Source of the DNA: Longimicrobiales bacterium
Lineage (GTDB): Bacteria; Gemmatimonadota; Gemmatimonadetes; Longimicrobiales; Gaopeijiaceae
Assembly (NCBI GenBank): GCA_965238005.1
Contig: OZ250165.1
Coordinates: forward strand, 1,342,195-1,406,194
Direction: 5' to 3'
Length of the DNA stretch: 64,000 nt
The notes beneath the pieces were generated by a model. That model made no database searches. It had not been told where the DNA came from and saw nothing but the letters and a program-made list of their open reading frames with translations. This document shows positions 44,912 through 55,746 of the stretch, piece by piece (positions within the stretch are counted from its first letter, which is position 1; the number at the start of each line of letters is the position of its first letter). The position numbers were made by a program, and so were the translations under genes.

Positions 44912-46594
44912 GTGTCCCACACAGCCCTGGCCCGAAAGTATCGCCCGCGGCGATTCGCCGATGTGGCGACTCAAGAGCACGTCTCCGAGACGCTGTGTCG
45001 CGCTGTGGCAGGCGGTCGAGTCGGACACGCCTACCTCTTCTGTGGTCCTCGTGGGGTGGGTAAGACCACCCTCGCTCGCGTCCTCGCTATGGCCCTCAAC
45101 TGTGCCCGGCGGGACGACTCGGGTGAGCCCTGTGGCGAGTGTGAGAGCTGCTCCAGAATCTGGAGTGGGCAGACGGCCCTCGATGTGGTCGAGATCGATG
45201 CCGCATCCAACCGGGGTGTGGACGACGCGCGTCAGCTGCGTGAAAGGGCCATGTACGCCCCGTCACAGGAGGGACGGCACAAAGTCTACATCGTGGACGA
45301 GGCGCACATGCTCACGCGGGAGGCGTGGAACGCGCTCCTGAAGATCCTCGAGGAGCCGCCGCCCCGGGTGATCTTCGTCTTCGCCACGACCGAGCCGCAT
45401 AAGATCCAGCAGACCGCCGCACCCATCCTCTCGCGTTGTCAGCGCTTCGACTTCCGGCGTATTGGCGTTGCTGAAATCATGTCACGCCTCGCGGTTGTGC
45501 TCGAAGGTGAAGGATCCGCGGCGCCCGACGACGCGCTTCGGACCATAGCCCATAAGGCCGACGGGGGGATGCGAGACGCCCTCTCGCTCTTGGACCAGGT
45601 CATCGCATTGACCGGTGGGGAGATCACCCAAGAGTCCGTGAGGCGGGTGCTCGGCCTGGTGGAGAGCGAGCGTTATCTGGAGTTCATTGACATCCTGGCC
45701 AGCCGGCAGCACGGCGAGGTCTTCGCCTTCGTGGAGCGACTCCTCGACGAAGGCTACGATCTCGTGGAGTTCTACCATGGTCTCGTGGATGTGCTGAGGT
45801 CGCTTCTCCGACTCTCCCTCGGTGGAGACCCACCAGAGCTGGACGGGGAAATCCGGAAGGCATTTGTGGCCCGCCTCAAGCCGTTCCAACCCGCGGACAT
45901 CATGCGAATGCTCTCATTGGCTTCGGAGCTAGAGAGCTCCGGAAGCCTCAGGCGCAGCGCGAACCCGCAGATTCTCCTCGAGATGCTCCTTCTCCGGCTC
46001 AGCTACGTAGATCGCACCGTGACGCTCGAGGAGCTGCTGACGAGTCTCGGTGGGGCGTCACCACCCGCCGATCCGCCTTCAGGAGCTCCGGATGGCGGGG
46101 ACGCGCGTTCGTCGGGAAGCTCGGAGGCCGACTTGGCCGAAAGCGCTTTCGATCTCGAGGCCTCGCCCGAGACCGACGAGGGTTCGGAGACGGGGGAAGG
46201 CGGTGGGTCGGCTTCGGTCGTAGCGAGCGCCACCGAGGCTTGGGCCCGTCTCATGGCCGAAGGGAAGGGGATCCCTCCTGGAATGAGGCCCTTCCTGCGG
46301 GCGGCCATTGTGGGACTCGGTGAGGATGGAGCCCTGGTGGTCGAGCTTCCGGATGGGCCGGGGCTTGAGCGCTTGAGGGAGCAGATGGCGCTGAGGACGA
46401 TTCAGAATGCCCTCGAAGTCCTCATGGGTGAACGACCGGAGATCGTCGTTCGGGCCACGAGTGAGGCGTCGTCGGAGAAGTTGGAGCGAATCACGCCCGA
46501 GACCGTACGTAGCGACCGGCTGCGAGAGCTGATCCAGCGGGAACCGCTTCTCCAGCACGCGGTAGAAGAACTCGACTTGGAGTTACTGGATTGA
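44912..46594 (+). CDS. dnaX: DNA polymerase III subunit gamma/tau
   Basis: GTG 44912 gives VSHTALARKYRPRRFADVATQEHV. Other motifs are GPRGVGKTT, a Zn module CGECESC and IVDEAHML. The ORF-track start at 44804 would overlap the SRP RNA. Confidence 0.9.
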   Translation: MSHTALARKYRPRRFADVATQEHVSETLCRAVAGGRVGHAYLFCGPRGVGKTTLARVLAMALNCARRDDSGEPCGECESCSRIWSGQTALDVVEIDAASNRGVDDARQLRERAMYAPSQEGRHKVYIVDEAHMLTREAWNALLKILEEPPPRVIFVFATTEPHKIQQTAAPILSRCQRFDFRRIGVAEIMSRLAVVLEGEGSAAPDDALRTIAHKADGGMRDALSLLDQVIALTGGEITQESVRRVLGLVESERYLEFIDILASRQHGEVFAFVERLLDEGYDLVEFYHGLVDVLRSLLRLSLGGDPPELDGEIRKAFVARLKPFQPADIMRMLSLASELESSGSLRRSANPQILLEMLLLRLSYVDRTVTLEELLTSLGGASPPADPPSGAPDGGDARSSGSSEADLAESAFDLEASPETDEGSETGEGGGSASVVASATEAWARLMAEGKGIPPGMRPFLRAAIVGLGEDGALVVELPDGPGLERLREQMALRTIQNALEVLMGERPEIVVRATSEASSEKLERITPETVRSDRLRELIQREPLLQHAVEELDLELLD

Positions 46595-46625
46595 TTGCAA
46601 CGTGTTGTAAGGCAAGGACTTGACG

Positions 46626-46943
46626 ATGACGAATCTCCAACAACTCATGCAGATGGGCCAGGAGCTCCAGGCGCGCATGACAAAGCTGCAGGAAGAGTTG
46701 TCCACGCGGGAAATCTCCGCCTCGGCTGGTGGAGGAATGGTCACCGCCACGGTCGACGGGAAGGGTACCGTATCGAGAATCGACATCGACCCCACCGTTG
46801 TCGACCGCGACGACGTCGAGATGCTCGAGGATCTGGTGCTGGCGGCTGTTACCGAGGCGCAAGGCAAGGCTCAGAGCCAGTACGAAGAAGAAATGCGGAA
46901 GGCGGCGGGCGGTATGCCGATCCAGCTTCCGGGCCTGTTCTAA
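46626..46943 (+). CDS. ybaB: YbaB/EbfC family nucleoid-associated protein
   Basis: MTNLQQLMQMGQELQARMTKLQEEL...GGGMVTATVDGKG. Confidence 0.9.
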   Translation: MTNLQQLMQMGQELQARMTKLQEELSTREISASAGGGMVTATVDGKGTVSRIDIDPTVVDRDDVEMLEDLVLAAVTEAQGKAQSQYEEEMRKAAGGMPIQLPGLF

Positions 46944-46995
46944 CGGTGGCGCTCGCGGTTCGGCCACCTCTCCCACACGGACCTGCCAGCTCTTA

Positions 46996-47589
46996 GTGTC
47001 GGTCATTCAGCAGCTTACCTCCGAGTTCTCGCGGCTTCCGGGCGTCGGTCCGAAGACAGCGCAGCGCCTCGTGTACTATCTAATGAAACGGCCCCGCGAA
47101 GAGGCGATCAGGCTCGCCGCGGCGATCCGAGATGTCGCCGAGCGGATTCGGCCCTGCGTAGCCTGTGGAAACTTCAGTGAAACGGAGCGGTGCGAGATCT
47201 GTAGCGATCCGAGGCGCGATGGGACGGTGATCTGTGTGGTGGAAGAGGCCTTCGAGGTTGGGGCCATCGAGCGAGCGGGCGAGTACAGAGGCCTCTATCA
47301 CGTGCTGGGAGGCCGTCTTTCACCCCTGGACGGGATCGGACCGGAGGAACTGTCCGTGGATCCCCTTCTGGTCCGCATTCGGGAGTCCGGAGGCGCGGTC
47401 GAGGAGGTGATCCTAGCCACCAATTCGAGCGTCGAGGGTGAGGCCACGGCCGTGTACCTGGACGGTCTGATCCGCTCCATGGGTCCTCGCGTGACGCGCC
47501 TGGCGAGGGGCATTCCGGTGGGGAGTGACCTCGAATACGTGGACGGTTCGACCATCGTAGAGGCCCTGACCGGTCGACGGGAGATGTAG
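46996..47589 (+). CDS. recR: recombination protein RecR
   Basis: GTG 46996 gives VSVIQQLTSEFSRLPGVGPKTAQRL. It has a Zn finger CVACGNFSETERCEIC and a Toprim segment VEEVILATNSSVEGEATA. Confidence 0.9.
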   Translation: MSVIQQLTSEFSRLPGVGPKTAQRLVYYLMKRPREEAIRLAAAIRDVAERIRPCVACGNFSETERCEICSDPRRDGTVICVVEEAFEVGAIERAGEYRGLYHVLGGRLSPLDGIGPEELSVDPLLVRIRESGGAVEEVILATNSSVEGEATAVYLDGLIRSMGPRVTRLARGIPVGSDLEYVDGSTIVEALTGRREM

Positions 47590-47592
47590 GGG

Positions 47593-47895
47593 ATGGACAA
47601 ACGGCTTCGAAACGCCGGGTTCGCAGTCCTGGCCGCCGCAGTGGCGGGGGCCATAGCCGCCCTGGTGGTCCGAGATCAGATCCGTCGGCACAGTAGGGAC
47701 CTGTTCAGTCGGTCCTTCCTGCGACGCTTGGCCGCCCTCGGCTACATGGCGAAAGCCGAGGCCTCCGTAGACCACGTCAACCTCCTGAAGGACTTCGTAG
47801 CGTGGGAAGCGAGAGGCATGCTTCGCCGTCGTGCGCAGGCGATCATCGGACGCATGGAGGAGGACGCCATGCGCGACGTCCTGCCGGCCCGGTAG
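47593..47895 (+). CDS. hypothetical membrane-anchored protein
   Basis: 100-aa ORF with one N-terminal TM (FAVLAAAVAGAIAALVV). I recognise no family. Confidence 0.4.
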   Translation: MDKRLRNAGFAVLAAAVAGAIAALVVRDQIRRHSRDLFSRSFLRRLAALGYMAKAEASVDHVNLLKDFVAWEARGMLRRRAQAIIGRMEEDAMRDVLPAR

Positions 47896-48082
47896 GTTGG
47901 CCATCTTGTCTGGTTGTCAGACCTTGACGCGGCCCTTTACCGCCAGGGACGAATGCCTCATCTTCGTCGCCGTCGTAGACGACGCTGAATCCCAACTTGC
48001 TCCACCTGTACGGGCTGAGATCGCGGGGGACCGTTTGGCGGGATTGACCCACTCATACTGCCAGAAACGAGTGTAGCCGATC

Positions 48083-48661
<579 letters not shown>

Positions 48662-48668
48662 GGCGACC

Positions 48669-49310
48669 ATGGACGGGAGCCGCAACCTCCCCAACCTGAT
48701 CACCATCGGGCGGATCTTGGCTTGCCCTGCCATCTTTGCCCTGGCACTGACCCCGTCCGTGGGCGCACGTTTCGTCGCCTTTGTGCTCTTCGTGGTGGCT
48801 GGCCTCTCCGATCTCTGGGACGGCTACCTGGCGCGCAAGCACGGGTGGATCACGGATGTCGGCAAGCTCCTCGATCCGTTGGCGGACAAGCTGCTTCTCC
48901 TTTCCACGTTCATCCCCTTCTACATTATATCTCACCGTGGGGGAGAGGAGTGGCTGATCCCCTGGTGGGGCATGCTTCCCACGTGGGTCATGATCGTCAT
49001 CTTCGGTCGCGAGCTGCTGGTGACCATCTTTCGTCAATGGGCGGCGCGCCGGGATGTGGTCATCGCCGCGGGCCAATCGGGCAAGTACAAGGCGTTCATC
49101 CAGAGTCTCTTTTCAGGGGGTCTGCTTCTGTGGTATCCGCTCCGGGAGAGTGCGGATGCCTGGGGATGGGGTGGCCTTCCTTGGGGAGCGTGGCTGCAGC
49201 TTCATTCGGCGTGGATCGGTGTTACCCTCTGGTTGGCGTTGATTCTCACCGTGTACTCCATGTTCGACTACCTGTGGAGCTATCGTGCGCTGATCGGCGT
49301 GCGTGACTGA
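48669..49310 (+). CDS. pgsA: CDP-diacylglycerol--glycerol-3-phosphate 3-phosphatidyltransferase
   Basis: CDP-alcohol phosphatidyltransferase motif DLWDGYLARKHGWITDVGKLLDPLADK. Confidence 0.85.
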   Translation: MDGSRNLPNLITIGRILACPAIFALALTPSVGARFVAFVLFVVAGLSDLWDGYLARKHGWITDVGKLLDPLADKLLLLSTFIPFYIISHRGGEEWLIPWWGMLPTWVMIVIFGRELLVTIFRQWAARRDVVIAAGQSGKYKAFIQSLFSGGLLLWYPLRESADAWGWGGLPWGAWLQLHSAWIGVTLWLALILTVYSMFDYLWSYRALIGVRD

Positions 49311-49316
49311 CTCGGT

Positions 49317-50585
49317 GTGAGTGCGGGTGAAGGCGTACACGCGGTGGTCGTCACTGTCGGCGAAGAGCTGCTCTCCGGCGAGACGGCCGAGACCAACGGT
49401 TCATGGCTCAGCAAGCGGCTGGCCTCTCTGGGCATTCCGGTTACGAAGCGCTGGGTCGTGGGTGACGATCCGGACTCCATCAAGAGCGCGGTATCTGAGG
49501 GAGTCCGGTTGGCGGAGTTGGTTCTGGTCACTGGGGGTCTCGGCCCGACGGCCGACGATCTCACGAGAACGGCCGTAGCCGATCTTTTCGAACTGGACCT
49601 CCAGTTGGATCAGGGTGTGCTCGAGGAGCTGCGGGACCGGTTCCGTGCCCTGGGCTTCGGCGACTTGCCACCGAGCAACGCCGTTCAGGCGCAAGTCCCC
49701 CGCGGTGCCCTGGTAATTCCGAATACGCGCGGCAGCGCGCCAGGCCTCTGGATCGACCGCGAGGGTCGGGTGATCGTGCTTGCCCCAGGCGTCCCTCGCG
49801 AGGTATACGAGATGTACGAGTTGGAGATCGAGGACCGCGTTCGTGACCACTTCGGGCCGCGTTTGACCCCCCTGGTCCATCGGACCTTCCACACGACCGG
49901 AATCTCCGAGTCGGTGCTGGGCGAGCGGGTGGACGCCGTCCTCCCGGTGCTGCCCGACGGGGTGACGCTCGCCTCTCTCCCGTATCTGGGGGGCGTGTCG
50001 ATACGGATCTCCACGGCAGGCGCCCCGGAAGAGGCAGGGGAGCGCCTGGACGAGGCCGAGAGCGTCTTGAGCCCGGTCCTGGCGCCATACCGATTCGATG
50101 CAGAGAGCGGGGACCTCGTGGAGGCGTTGGCGGCGGAGCTCGTCCGGCGTGGGTTGTCCCTTGCGGTGGCCGAGAGTTGCACCGGTGGCCTCTTGGCGAA
50201 GCGGATCACGGACCGCCCGGGATCGTCCGCCTACTTCCGCGGTGGGATCATCGCTTATGCCGACGAGATCAAGGCCGAGATCGTGGGCGTGGGAGGGTCC
50301 GTCCTGGAGGCAGAGGGCGCTGTGTCCGAGGCCGTGGTGGAGGGCATGGCCCGGGGAGTGGCGGAGCGTCTGGCCGCCGACGTCGGCATTGGGATCACCG
50401 GCATCGCGGGGCCCGAGGGAGGCACGGAAGAAAAACCGGTGGGGACGGTATGGTACGGAGTCTCGTACCAGGGGCGGGTGGTGGCCTCCCACAGGGTCTT
50501 TCCTGGCGATCGAGAAGCCATCCGGGAGCTGGCGACACAGGCGGCGCTCAATCTGCTCTTCAAGGAAGTGAGCGGCGAGACTTGA
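49317..50585 (+). CDS. cinA: competence/damage-inducible protein CinA (MoCF-binding domain plus nicotinamide-nucleotide amidase)
   Basis: 422-aa ORF. N-terminus is VVVTVGEELLSGETAETNGSWL and the C-domain has AVAESCTGGLLA. Confidence 0.9.
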   Translation: MSAGEGVHAVVVTVGEELLSGETAETNGSWLSKRLASLGIPVTKRWVVGDDPDSIKSAVSEGVRLAELVLVTGGLGPTADDLTRTAVADLFELDLQLDQGVLEELRDRFRALGFGDLPPSNAVQAQVPRGALVIPNTRGSAPGLWIDREGRVIVLAPGVPREVYEMYELEIEDRVRDHFGPRLTPLVHRTFHTTGISESVLGERVDAVLPVLPDGVTLASLPYLGGVSIRISTAGAPEEAGERLDEAESVLSPVLAPYRFDAESGDLVEALAAELVRRGLSLAVAESCTGGLLAKRITDRPGSSAYFRGGIIAYADEIKAEIVGVGGSVLEAEGAVSEAVVEGMARGVAERLAADVGIGITGIAGPEGGTEEKPVGTVWYGVSYQGRVVASHRVFPGDREAIRELATQAALNLLFKEVSGET

Positions 50586-50602
50586 GGCCTTTGGAGGAAG
50601 GA

Positions 50603-51440
50603 GTGCTCGAGGCGCCCGATGGGGTTCCTCTGCACTGGAGCTGTTGGCAGCCCACGTCGGCCTCCCGAGGCGTCGTGGTGCTGATTCACGGCTATGGAGA
50701 GCACAGTGGGCGCTACGACCTGGTGGCGGAGTTCCTGATCGGAGTCGGCTTCCGTGTGGCGGCCTATGACCAGAGGGGACACGGGCGATCAGGAGGCCGG
50801 CCGGCGTTCGTCTCCCGCTTCGACGAGTTCCTCGCCGACCTGGAGGTCGTACTCGGGAAGGTCGGTATGGAGGCTTCTCCGGGTGCTCGAGTGATCCTCT
50901 GGGGACAATCCATGGGGGGGCTCGTAGTGCTCCGTTACCTGCAGAGACGCTCCGGCTCCGTTTCGGGAGCGGCAGTCTCCGCCCCATGGCTGGCGACGAA
51001 GATGAAGGTTCCTTGGTGGAAGGTCGCCCGAGCAAGGTACTGAACAGGATCGCGCCATCGGTTCGTATGCCCGTGCGACTCTCTCTCCGGAAACGCTGAT
51101 GCGCGACCCCGAGCGCCAGCGGGCCTACCTCGACGATCCTATGGTGCACCAGTTCGTCACGCCCGGTCTTTACTGGGCAGTCGTCGATGCCCAGAAGCGG
51201 GCGTTGGCCGATCCGGAAGGTGTCGGGGGGCCGGTCCTCTTCCTCATCCCCGACGCGGACCAGGTGGTGGATCCGGAGACGGCCCTACGCTTCGTGCAGC
51301 GTGCCTCAGGGTCGGGAATCGAGACCTGCCGGCTCGAGGCGCTTCGACACGAGCCTCACAATGAACCGGAGAGAGAGGACGTCTTCGCCCTGGTGGGCAC
51401 GTGGCTCGACACCAACTTCCCCTTGGCCGGCGAGTCGTGA
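50603..51440 (+). pseudogene. alpha/beta hydrolase (lysophospholipase/monoacylglycerol lipase-like), two apparent frameshifts at ~51030-51085
   Basis: GTG 50603 follows GGAGGAAGGA. Frame 1 has VVLIHGYGEHSGRY...GQSMGG (nucleophile elbow) and stops at 51043. KVLNRIAPSVRMPVRL lies in a second frame, and LSPETLMRDPE...DPMVH...RHEPHNE lies in a third (ORF 51099..51440). Confidence 0.65.
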
Positions 51441-51548
51441 CCGAGCGGCGTGTTCGACCGCCGGGGCCTCCCACTTGGTCTCAGAAGAAGTAAATTCACC
51501 AACACGTAAGAGGAAGCGTGGTTGATCAGACCCACCAGCGAGACGAAA

Positions 51549-52187
51549 ATGAGCGAGAACGTAGCCGAGAATCCTGAAGGGACGGCTGAGCCGGACGCGG
51601 CCGAAGACTCCGTAGATTCCGGCCAGGGCGATGGGGTCGGCGTGAACGCGGGCCCGACGGACGGTTCGACACCCGAGGGCCAGGTCTCGCCTGAGGCCCT
51701 GGAGGAACAGGAGGCCGAAAAGGAGCTGGCCCGGGACCTGGATCACATGCAGGCCGAGCTGACCGCCCTGAACGATCGCCATCTGCGTCTTGCGGCCGAA
51801 TTCACCAACTACCGCCGGAGGGCGGAAACCGAGCTCTCGGAGGCGTGGGCGAGGGGGCAGGCCGACCTCCTTCGCAACTTTCTGGACGGCCTGGACGATC
51901 TTCAGCGCGTGGGGGCGTGGCAGCCGGAATCCGCCACCGTAGAAGCCCTCGTAGAGGGAGTGGACCTGGTCGAGCGGAAGTTCCGGCAGGCTCTGGAGCT
52001 TGCTGGGGTAGAGGTGCTCGAGCCCATCGGTGAGGAGTTCGATCCCAACAGCATGGAGGCCATGGTCACCGTATCAACCGAATCGCCGGGTGACGATCAT
52101 AGGGTCCAGGACGTATTCCAGAAGGGGTACCTCTTCAAGGGCCACTTGGTGCGTCCCGCTCGGGTCAGCGTCTACAAGCACGAGTAG
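51549..52187 (+). CDS. grpE: nucleotide exchange factor GrpE
   Basis: RLAAEFTNYRRRAE...FDPNSMEAM...GYLFKGHLVRPARV. Confidence 0.9.
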   Translation: MSENVAENPEGTAEPDAAEDSVDSGQGDGVGVNAGPTDGSTPEGQVSPEALEEQEAEKELARDLDHMQAELTALNDRHLRLAAEFTNYRRRAETELSEAWARGQADLLRNFLDGLDDLQRVGAWQPESATVEALVEGVDLVERKFRQALELAGVEVLEPIGEEFDPNSMEAMVTVSTESPGDDHRVQDVFQKGYLFKGHLVRPARVSVYKHE

Positions 52188-52208
52188 CCCAAGGACAGCG
52201 GAGAATTC

Positions 52209-53330
52209 GTGTCGACTGCGACCAAGGACTTCTACAAGACCCTCGGGGTCTCGGACAAAGCGAGTCAGGACGAGATCAAGAAGACGTACCGTAGGCTCGC
52301 CAAGAAGTACCATCCCGACGCGAATCCGGGGGATGCCAAGTCAGCCGGGCGCTTCAAGGAGGTCGGAGAGGCCTACGGCGTGCTGTCCGATCCGGATAAG
52401 CGCAAGCAGTATGACAACATGCGGCGACTCTCGAGCTTCGGCTTCGGCAGGGGACGGGAGGCACCCAGGGGAGGTGGTTCCGAGACTCAGCCGGGGGGTG
52501 GCTTTTCCTTCGAGGATCTCCAGGGGTTTGGAGGTCTCGGCGATATCTTCAGCTCGATATTCGATCGCGGGTCGACGGGGCCTGATTCGCCCAAGCCGAA
52601 GGGACCGAGAAAGGGACAGAACGTCGAGTACGTGGTGGAGATCTCCTTCAAAACCGCCGTCCACGGCGGAAAGATCTCCATCGAAGTTCCCATCACGGAG
52701 GAGTGCGCCACCTGTGGTGGGTCGGGAGCTTCACCAGGGACCGGGACCAAGCGCTGCACCGAGTGCTCCGGGAGCGGGTCCATCTCGTTCGGGCAGGGTG
52801 GCTTTGCGGTCAACCGACCTTGTCCGGCCTGTTTCGGGCGGGGCCGCATTCCCGAGAAGCCGTGTAAGTCGTGTGCCGGCAGCGGGTCGGTCCGTCAGGA
52901 CCGCAGGATCCAGATCACTGTGCCGAAGGGTGTGGAGACGGGATCGAAGATCCGGGCGTCGGGCCAGGGAGAGCGAGGCAGTCAGGGTGGAAAGCCTGGG
53001 GATCTCATGATCACCTTCAAGGTCAAGCCCCACGACTTCTTCCAGCGAGAGGGGCTCGACATCCATGTGACGGTGCCGATCAACCTGGCGCAGGCCACCT
53101 TGGGATCGAAGATGGCGGTAAAGACCGTGGATGGGAAAAAGGTTCATTTCCGCATCCCGCCCGGTACCCAGAGCGGGACTAAGTTCCGTATTCGCGGACA
53201 GGGCGTGGAGAAGGGTGGGCGCGTCGGCGATCAGTACCTCGAGGTGATGGTGGATATTCCCGAGGAGCTCACTGAAGAGCAACAGCAGGCCATGGAGGTC
53301 TTCGCGTCCTCATCGGGCCTGAAGCACTAG
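52209..53330 (+). CDS. dnaJ: molecular chaperone DnaJ
   Basis: J-domain DFYKTLGV...YHPDANPGD, a G/F region and four CxxCxGxG repeats ([32 protein letters not shown]). Confidence 0.95.
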   Translation: MSTATKDFYKTLGVSDKASQDEIKKTYRRLAKKYHPDANPGDAKSAGRFKEVGEAYGVLSDPDKRKQYDNMRRLSSFGFGRGREAPRGGGSETQPGGGFSFEDLQGFGGLGDIFSSIFDRGSTGPDSPKPKGPRKGQNVEYVVEISFKTAVHGGKISIEVPITEECATCGGSGASPGTGTKRCTECSGSGSISFGQGGFAVNRPCPACFGRGRIPEKPCKSCAGSGSVRQDRRIQITVPKGVETGSKIRASGQGERGSQGGKPGDLMITFKVKPHDFFQREGLDIHVTVPINLAQATLGSKMAVKTVDGKKVHFRIPPGTQSGTKFRIRGQGVEKGGRVGDQYLEVMVDIPEELTEEQQQAMEVFASSSGLKH

Positions 53331-54501
53331 CGCCCCGCTCCGCCATCGACCGGCGGGCGGCGTCGAGAGAGGTAGCGCCGGCTATCCCGTCGGTGCACAG
53401 ACTTCCAGCTCCACACCCCTCAATCGCCCGCGCGATGCGACCGCCGCCAAGGACCCGCTCCTCGTCGAAAAAGACCGCTGACTGCCCGGGGGTTACGGCG
53501 TGCTGAGGCTCGTCGAAGGCGAGCACAATGCTCTCCCCCACGGAAAGAGCCAGGGCAGAAACGTCCGGAGCACGATACCTGATCTGTACGCGGATGCGTG
53601 AACCCTCGGGAGGAGGCAGGCCCAACCAGTTGACCTCTCTTATCGCGACGCCGGGTGAGAGGCACTCCTCACGGGTGCCCACGACCACCTCCCTGGTGTC
53701 TGCACGGATTTCGATGACGTAGAGCGGCTCGTCGAACCCGCCACCGAGACCCTTGCGCTGCCCTACGGTGAAGTTCGCATAGCCACTGTGCTCGCCCAGG
53801 ACCTCGCCACTCGAGGTCACCAGGAGGCCGGGCTCCAGCGCGGGGTGCGTCGAGCGGAGTCGGGTGCTCAAGAGATCCCTGTAGTCACCCGTGGGAACGA
53901 AGCAGATCTCTTGGGACTCGGGCTTGTCCGCGGTCGTGAGGGCGAGCTCTCGCGCCAGCTCCCGCACCCGGGGCTTGGTGAGCTCCCCGAGGGGGAAGTG
54001 GAGTAGAGGGAGCATCTCCTTCGGAAGTCCCCACAGGAAGTACGACTGATCCTTTCCGCGGTCGATCCCACGGTGAAGGGTGGAGTCGCCCGAGGCCAGG
54101 TGCTCGATCCGGACGTAGTGTCCCGACGCGATGCCGTCGCAACCCAGCGCACGTCCCCGCTCCATCAGGTCCTGGAACTTCGTGTTGGAGTTGCAGCGAA
54201 CGCAGGGGTTGGGCGTGCGACCCCGGGCGTACTCCGAGACGAAGTCGTCGATCACGTCCCGGGTGAAGTCCTCCTCGACGTCGAAAACGTAGTGGGGCAT
54301 ACCCAGAGTGTCGGCGACCCGGCGAGCGTCTGCGATGCCATCCAACCCGCAGCACGTCTTGGACGGGGCATCCCTCTCGGAGTAGCAGAATGTCTTCATG
54401 GTGGCGCCCACAACCTCGTGACCGGCCTGAACCAGCAAGGCCGCCGCCACGGACGAATCGACGCCACCCGACATGGCGACCAGGATGCGCTTGGTCTTCA
54501 T
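53269..54501 (-). CDS. mnmA: tRNA 2-thiouridine(34) synthase MnmA
   Basis: PP-loop [15 protein letters not shown] and NPCVRCN. Its start overlaps the desulfurase stop (ATGA). The 3' tail overlaps the dnaJ end by 62 nt. Confidence 0.9.
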   Translation of the reverse strand: MKTKRILVAMSGGVDSSVAAALLVQAGHEVVGATMKTFCYSERDAPSKTCCGLDGIADARRVADTLGMPHYVFDVEEDFTRDVIDDFVSEYARGRTPNPCVRCNSNTKFQDLMERGRALGCDGIASGHYVRIEHLASGDSTLHRGIDRGKDQSYFLWGLPKEMLPLLHFPLGELTKPRVRELARELALTTADKPESQEICFVPTGDYRDLLSTRLRSTHPALEPGLLVTSSGEVLGEHSGYANFTVGQRKGLGGGFDEPLYVIEIRADTREVVVGTREECLSPGVAIREVNWLGLPPPEGSRIRVQIRYRAPDVSALALSVGESIVLAFDEPQHAVTPGQSAVFFDEERVLGGGRIARAIEGCGAGSLCTDGIAGATSLDAARRSMAERGASASGPMRTRRPPWPAVALQ

Positions 54502-55655
54502 GCCGACGCAGCTAGGTTTCGGATGCTCGCCACGACCGAGATGGTCGCCTCGGCAACGCGGACGATATCCTCCTCCGTCGTGGAGCGACCGAGGCTGAAA
54601 CGGAGGGCCGCCACGCCGTCCATGGCGCCATATAGGGCCTCGAGCACGTGACTACCTCCCTTGCCTCCGCTCTCGCACGCCGAGCCGGCTGAGGCCGCGA
54701 TCCCCTCCATGTCCAGACCGGCCAGTAGAAGCTGCGGGTCCACTCCGGGGATCCCCACGTTGAGAATGTGAGGGGCACGGCGCGCTATTTCTCCATGCAC
54801 CTCGACGTCGTCGAGCCCGTCCTGCAGGCGCACTTGGAGGCCGTCGCGCAGGGCTCGGAGCCTGGGCGCTTCGGACTCCCGCTCCCGCACCGCCAGATCC
54901 ACGGCAACGGACATGCCGACGGCGCCGGCCACATCTTCGGTTCCCGGCCGCAGTGCGTGTTCCTGCCCTCCGCCGAAGAGAAGGGGGGCCACCTCCACCC
55001 CCTCTCGTACGAAGAGCACCCCCGTGCCCTTAGCGCCGTAAATCTTGTGTCCGGTGAGGGTGAGGAGATCTGCGGGAACGGCGTCCACGCGGACGGGGAC
55101 CTTACCGATGGCCTGGACCGCATCCGTGTGGAGCGTCACCCCATGCGCTCGGGTGCGCTCGGCGATCTTTTCCACGGGTAGGTGAATGCCCACCTCGTTG
55201 TTTACGGTCATCACGGACACCACGGCGGGCCGGTCCTCCAAGGCTCGCTCGAGGGCGTCGAGATCCACCGTACCGTCGGGTCGGACGGAGAGCACGGTGC
55301 GCCGCCCACCTCGCTCTGGAACCCTGGCCGACGCCTCGAGTATGGCGCGGTGTTCGATGGCGGTGATGACCACATAGGGGGACTCCCCCTTGGCCCGTAC
55401 CGCCTCCGCCCGACCGAGAATCGCCAGGTTGTCCGACTCGGTGCCGCCACGGACGAAGTAGATCTCGCCTCGGCGGGCTCCCAGGGCATCGGCCACTCGC
55501 TCCCGGGCCTCCTCCAACCGAGCGGATGCTCGGCGACCCCAGGTGTGGGCACTGGACGGGTTCCCGAAGTCCTCCTGGAGAATCGGGAGCATCGCGTCAC
55601 GCACTTCATCTCGGAGAGGGGTCGTGGCTGCGTTGTCGAGATAGATCGGTCGCAT
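54498..55655 (-). CDS. cysteine desulfurase (NifS/IscS/YrvO-like)
   Basis: ATG 55655 gives MRPIYLDNAATTP. The PLP Lys lies in LTGHKIYGAKG and the catalytic Cys in SAGSACES. Confidence 0.9.
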   Translation of the reverse strand: MRPIYLDNAATTPLRDEVRDAMLPILQEDFGNPSSAHTWGRRASARLEEARERVADALGARRGEIYFVRGGTESDNLAILGRAEAVRAKGESPYVVITAIEHRAILEASARVPERGGRRTVLSVRPDGTVDLDALERALEDRPAVVSVMTVNNEVGIHLPVEKIAERTRAHGVTLHTDAVQAIGKVPVRVDAVPADLLTLTGHKIYGAKGTGVLFVREGVEVAPLLFGGGQEHALRPGTEDVAGAVGMSVAVDLAVRERESEAPRLRALRDGLQVRLQDGLDDVEVHGEIARRAPHILNVGIPGVDPQLLLAGLDMEGIAASAGSACESGGKGGSHVLEALYGAMDGVAALRFSLGRSTTEEDIVRVAEATISVVASIRNLAASA

Positions 55656-55746
55656 GCGTTTCCGTGAAGCGTGAAGCGAGGGGGGCCGTTTCGGCGAACC
55701 AGGGGCTCGCTGTATATTCGACAAGATACCCAATGACCCCAGGACA

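Noticed and set aside
44912-46594. Programmed -1 frameshift site in dnaX (gamma/tau, E. coli A-AAA-AAG type)
   Set aside because: I found no A-rich slippery heptamer in the gene on visual scan.
49401-51149. 582-aa antisense ORF opposite cinA and the hydrolase
   Set aside because: Shadow ORF. The sense genes are motif-supported.
51441-51548. CIRCE (HrcA operator) upstream of grpE
   Set aside because: No TTAGCACTC-N9-GAGTGCTAA-like inverted repeat is present in the leader.
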